A stretch of 56,512 nt of DNA, filler included, from Dirinaria sp. TL-2023a (lineage: Eukaryota): assembly GCA_051941275.1 (NCBI GenBank). It is 3 parts of 3 records of this genome, joined end to end, with 100 filler letters (N's around TTAATTAATTAA, not from the genome) between each part and the next. Parts side by side here need not be neighbours in the genome. Positions count along the whole stretch, not along the records: positions 37,781 to 56,512 come from JAVEBF010000370.1; 2 more parts are not named here. One strand, given 5' to 3'. This document shows, in pieces, positions 51,686 to 56,512 of the stretch (the first letter of the stretch is position 1; each line of letters starts with the position of its first letter). A model generated the notes under the pieces. That model saw nothing but the letters and a program-made list of their open reading frames with translations. It had not been told where the DNA came from and ran no database searches. A program made the translations under genes and the position numbers.

Positions 51686-52306
51686 GGCATCGGTCTTGAC
51701 GTAGCCTAGGAAGAAAGTTGATAATTGGCTCTTTTGAGATGCGCATTTGACTTTGATACCTTGAATATAATATACAATAGTGTTCCCTATGCTTCCTCAA
51801 GACGAATCGAACTTATCGATCATGCTTGGCTGTATTGTACTTGCCCTCGTCGGCCCCTTGGACGCTTGAAAGTCACATGATCATTTGGCGTGTGCGTGTG
51901 CGTTGCGAAACCTTGGCATCCAAAGTTCTTTCTCTCCCCTACACTTCGCATTGATCACTAAGGGACTTACTGTCGTCTATCGATGTCTTCCTTCTCAATT
52001 CGATGCTTCAGAATTAGGATTGCAAAAGTCATCTTTTTCTAGCGTCTTTTAGCACTTAACGATTTGTTGATTTGACGGTGGCACTTTCATGGAAAATCGA
52101 TCCATCGACACTTCGTTAAATCGTTATTGTGCTGAAATTTCGTTCTTTCGCTAGCGCTAGAGAGGAGCGACTACGTTTGAATTCTGAGACAGTCAAACAT
52201 CGAAGAGACTTTGCTTGATAGATGAAAAGAATTGTTGACACGGAAAGAGAGGGATCGAGGGGATGTGACGGCACCCATTTAGCCTACTAGTACCCTAAAG
52301 TAGCCC

Positions 52307-52462
52307 TACTCGTACTCACCTACTTTCTTGGAAGGGTTAGGGTTATTACCACCAAAATTCTTCCAACCCTACCTTTCTTAGGGCTATGGGGCTCTTGATA
52401 GAATAACCCTAACCCTCCCAAGAAAGTAAGGTAGGTGGCCCAAGAAAGTAGGTGAGTACGTA
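52307..52462. mobile_element. MITE-like palindromic element, copy 2 (diverged; short internal duplication in the right arm)
   Basis: TACTCGTACTCACCTACTTTCTTGGAAGGGTTAGGGTTAT ... ATAACCCTAACCCTCCCAAGAAAGTA...CCCAAGAAAGTAGGTGAGTACG; spacer ACCAAAATTCTTCCAACCCTACCTT is nearly identical to copy 1. Confidence 0.72.
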
Positions 52463-52589
52463 TGAGCTACTTTATTGAACATCTACGTTCCAGCCGTACC
52501 CATCATGCGAAAACTCTGTCTTCAGATAAGTGATCAATTGCTTAGGCTCGTACCTTTAGAATCTCCTTGCGTAAGCGTCTGGGACCACA

Positions 52590-55091
52590 ATGGAAGAATT
52601 TCCCCCATCCTATCATTCTGCAAACGCTGCCTTGACTGAGTACTGGACTATTATATCTCATTATATCCCCTCTTCTGACTTATGTTCTGCGTCGCGTGTT
52701 TGTAAAAGTTGGTATGCCATATTCGCACCAATCCTATGGGGCAATCCTGCTAGCCATTGGGGTATCGAGAATGACCGCGTATATGGTAGAGCCATTTCCC
52801 ATTCTTCTGCTAAAAAGACAAGCTGAAAATTCGCAGTTGCATTAACCAGATTTAAAAGAACGCTGAGATGGGCGCGACCGGACGTTAGGGAACTAACACA
52901 TACTCTCCACCTTCCACCCGCTCAGGCTGAGCTCTATGATGGACCCCACCCTGGATGGCTTGGAGATGTACTCGACGCCTTGCCAAACCTACAGAGCCTC
53001 ATTGTTTCCAGACTGCCTTTCTTTGACCATCAAGCCTTGTTGGATTTGCGCTCTCGCAGAGAAAGCTTCCAGTCATCGGTGGATGTAAATTCTCATACAT
53101 ATACACTCAGGCTGTTGATCGCAGCGCACTGTAGAAACATGACGCCCTCCAGCCTTGTGGAAGCTTTAACTCATTTCCCAAATCTGGCCTATCTGGACCT
53201 CTCTGGTAACAGTAGTGCCCGCGACCATTCGGTGCTCTCGAAACTCCATGCAATGCACACTTTACATATCCTAAGATTACGAAATTGTCAATTAAGGGAC
53301 TCTGAAATGGAAGTCCTGGGTAGATCCATAGGTCTTCGAGTCCGCAGTCTGGATCTTCGCGGCAATCATATCACGGATCTAGGTGTCAGAATTTTACTGC
53401 AGCTCTGTTTTCGTGCGAGGGAAACTCGTTCGCGGGCCACATCTGGTGTTGTTGTTCAAGAATGGGGAGATTGGCCACTCGGAGTTGCTCGGCCTGATGC
53501 CAACATTTTGGACGAGTTTCGTGACGAAGCTCTCACTGAAAGTTTTGTGAAACGATTGACATCTGGTATAGTTAACAGGCTCCCGTCGCAAGACCTCCGG
53601 TACTCTGGGATCACACATCTGTATCTAGCCCATAATCATCTTAGTGTTGAAAGTATTTCAAGCCTTATCAAGTCAGCGCAGCTCTATGTACTCGATATCG
53701 GATCTTTCGATACATCGAGGTTTCTGAGCAAGCCCCGTGCAATTTCATCATCGTCGCCGCCTTCTTCGGGGGGTTATCGTGTTTCCTTGCCCGGGGCCGA
53801 GAAGCTCACCCCTATATTGGGAGCTTTTGGGAAGGATCTGACTTACTTGAGGTTGCATCATTCTGTGGTCACCCACCCAGCACCATACAAAGGGGAAAAT
53901 ACAACGCGGAAAGCTACAGAGCTTGAAGGCAGCTTTCCGGGGCACGAACTCGACCTAGCCTCTACAACTGTAGAGCTGCCTACTAACGAACCTGCGCCGC
54001 GGTATGAACTACCGGGTGATGCGATGCAAATTGTCCTATCTCCAGCGGTTGGGAAGAGACTCTCAGGGCCTGAAGGAATGCGCACAGCCAAGTGCGGAAG
54101 CGTGTTTGCTCCTGAGGTGGCAACTGTAGAACACAACGCGGATGATGAGGCTGCCCCAGCACTCACTGCAACCGGTCTAGACTCATTGAGCTATACAAAT
54201 TATAGTGCTGTCTCCAATCAATGGCAGTCTTCCGAAAACCCTGAAAATATAGACGTTACACCGTCGAGCACTGTTGCCAGTCCAATCTTGGCGGACATTC
54301 AAAAACAACGTCAAAATCTCGAGTATATCCTGCAAAAAGCCTCACACGGGCTTTTTCCAGGTATGCTCCCCCGATTACGTACTCTTGTCTTGACTGCAGT
54401 GCCGTGCTATGATACCACGGGCATTCTTGACCTCCTTGTTGGATTCATTCGAGCATGTGCGTCAGAGTCGGAGATCTCTAGACTTGGGGCTAGTCTTGCG
54501 TCTGAAGCCTTGCAGGTTCCTAGTGATTCAAGAGCCAGCTCGTCAACTCTTCGCTCCCACAGCACTTTTTCGTTACAGCATATCATCCTCGAAATGGGCC
54601 CCCCGGGTTCCTCAAGCGCCTCATATAAGCCAGAGCCCCCGCGAACGCCTCCAACGCCAAGCTTTAGCTTTCGGACAAAGTCATCAACCGAAGACCCCGA
54701 CAGTGAGGCCCTCTGGTCAGCGAGGGAAAATGATTTCTCTTTCTTCGACGATGATGAAGAGTGCGGGCTCCCGGCTAAAGAGGGCGTGCGCTTGCCGTTG
54801 TCAACGTTGTCGGAGAAAATGGTCATCCCTCCCCAGAATGATCGATCTGAAGGCTTGTCGTTGCCGACTTCGCAGCCAACAGAGAATATGGAGGCAGGGA
54901 AGGACGTCGTGCAAGAGTTGGCCAAGTTTCGAAAGGAACGAAAAGCTGCGTATGAGAATGCACTTCAAAATGGACAGCCGTATGTGGAGGGCTACTGGCC
55001 GGGCGAGATTAAAGTCATTCGGTGGCATGCCAAAGCGAAAGGCCAAGCCGACTATTTTTGGAATGTATACGAGAAAGGCATTTACAGGTAA
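52590..55091 (+). CDS. F-box / leucine-rich repeat protein; exons 52590-52785, 52837-55091
   Basis: F-box-like IISHYIPSSDLCSASRVCKSW; LRR units LPNLQSLIV, FPNLAYLDLSGN, LHILRLRNC, VRSLDLRGNHITD and ITHLYLAHNHLS. Confidence 0.8.
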
Positions 55092-56512
55092 GATATTCAT
55101 ACCAAGAAGGGGGATTTTTTAGCTTTTTGCTTCCCACTCTCCACGTGCAATGGAAACGGAAATTGCAGTTTTACATGATTGAATGGGTATAACATGGAAG
55201 AAACTTCAGCATATAGTTAAGCTGAGGCTGGCTTGCTCGGCGCCCGCACTCTATAACTCATTCTAGCTCGAATTGTAGAGAATATTAGCTCTATGCAAGC
55301 CACTAAAGCACATAAAATAAACGAGTCTACTAGATAAACCATTTCAACATCTGAATCTTCCCGTACCACTTCCATTATTACTTCTACTCACTCCCTTCTT
55401 CTGATTTATCATCTCTTCTGTGCTGGCCAGCTCAGAATTTACAGTCGAGAAACTCCGCCGTCGTGAGATCTTGAGATCTTCGCTGCCTCATCATCGAAAC
55501 TACCGCATCGCTCCGATACACCATAACCTCGTTTTTGCCTCAAGAAAACAAAAACCAAAAAAAAAAAAAAAAAAAAAAACAGCACCTGCTCCATACGACT
55601 CATGTATCCATTCCATCTCTCTATTCCCAGGGGGAGCCTTGTGAAGGAACAGCCACAGCAGCATATTATCTCCCTACCTAATTTCAGGAACGACAATGGA
55701 AGCATTGGCGATAGACTCATCTCTCCTAGCGAAGCGAGCCAGTCACATTGTCGATTCGGCAAAACTTTGAGAGAAAGAGTTGCGTTAAGATTGCACTGAG
55801 GGAGGGGAGGTTATGCCTGTGAAAAAGCAGTGCGATGGAAAGGTAGAGTCGTAGGATAATGAGTGCATGTTTTGGATTTGCCCGCTCAAGGGATATATGA
55901 CACAGAGGGAGGAGGGGTTTTTTTCGTGGGTTGGGGGAGAAAGATCACGAACGAGCTCATGAGCTTTAACATTCAATGTAGAATCAGATACTGTGGTTTC
56001 GAAGGAGCTGCTCCGGACTTTAGGTTAGAACAGCGATAATAAGATACCTGTAGAGCATTATGTCGGAAAGTAGAGCGCTTTGAGAGCACAATTAGTGATG
56101 CTTCTTCATGACGTCGTCGTAAGAAGCAGAAACACATATTTGCTAATCAGTGATGCTCTCCATCCGAACTCATCAGAACAGGTGGTTTATGTGAAGACTC
56201 GCATTGCAGATTACCACATTCCATTGAAAAAACAAAGAACCTCCCATTCCATTCGCAAAAGATTTACCGCCCTCCTCTCACCCGAAGGAGCCATTTATTT
56301 GATCTACAACAATAACAACCAAGCATATGATGCCCGTATCCACAAACCCCTAAAACTCCAAATGTGTGCGAACCCAATTCTGCCAACATGCCCCTTTGGG
56401 TATCTAATTTTTTTTTCCCTGGCGAAGCAGAAGAAACATTCAAGTCACGTGCGGATCCGAGCACGCGTATATCATCGTTGCCTCACTCAATATAAACAGC
56501 ACATGTGGGTTC

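Noticed and set aside
55557..55579. Poly-A run (also the T-rich start of the window and the TG run near 30057)
   Set aside because: Ordinary homopolymer or microsatellite with no associated retro-element features.

Overview
Intron-containing genomic DNA from a filamentous ascomycete (Pezizomycotina-type genes, GT..AG introns with CTRAC branch points). It consists of three contigs joined by artificial 100-nt linkers (44 N + TTAATTAATTAA + 44 N at 18798-18897 and 37681-37780). Housekeeping genes include mitoribosomal RSM24/mS35 and MRPL22, ALG13, a MOT1-type molybdate transporter, NOP2, GET5, cofilin, HSP60, a PTP1-type phosphatase, a CBS/PB1 protein, a YMC-type mitochondrial carrier and an F-box/LRR protein. 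The main find is at 11253-18360, where three ORF-track entries splice in frame into one ~2288-aa NRPS-like protein: fatty acyl-AMP ligase, carrier domain, Pls-like triple TM/beta-helix module, MpaB/rubber-oxygenase-like heme domain and cytochrome b5. It lies next to an MFS transporter and a truncated CYP52-like P450 remnant. Also notable are four co-oriented, highly diverged single-Myb/SANT-like genes with SUMO-motif-rich tails and pairwise shared intron positions, and an inverted diverged copy of exon sequence inside one of their introns. Two palindromic MITE-like elements containing telomere-type repeats bracket a galactose oxidase (AA5_2) gene. All family assignments come from motif recognition by eye, not from database searches.
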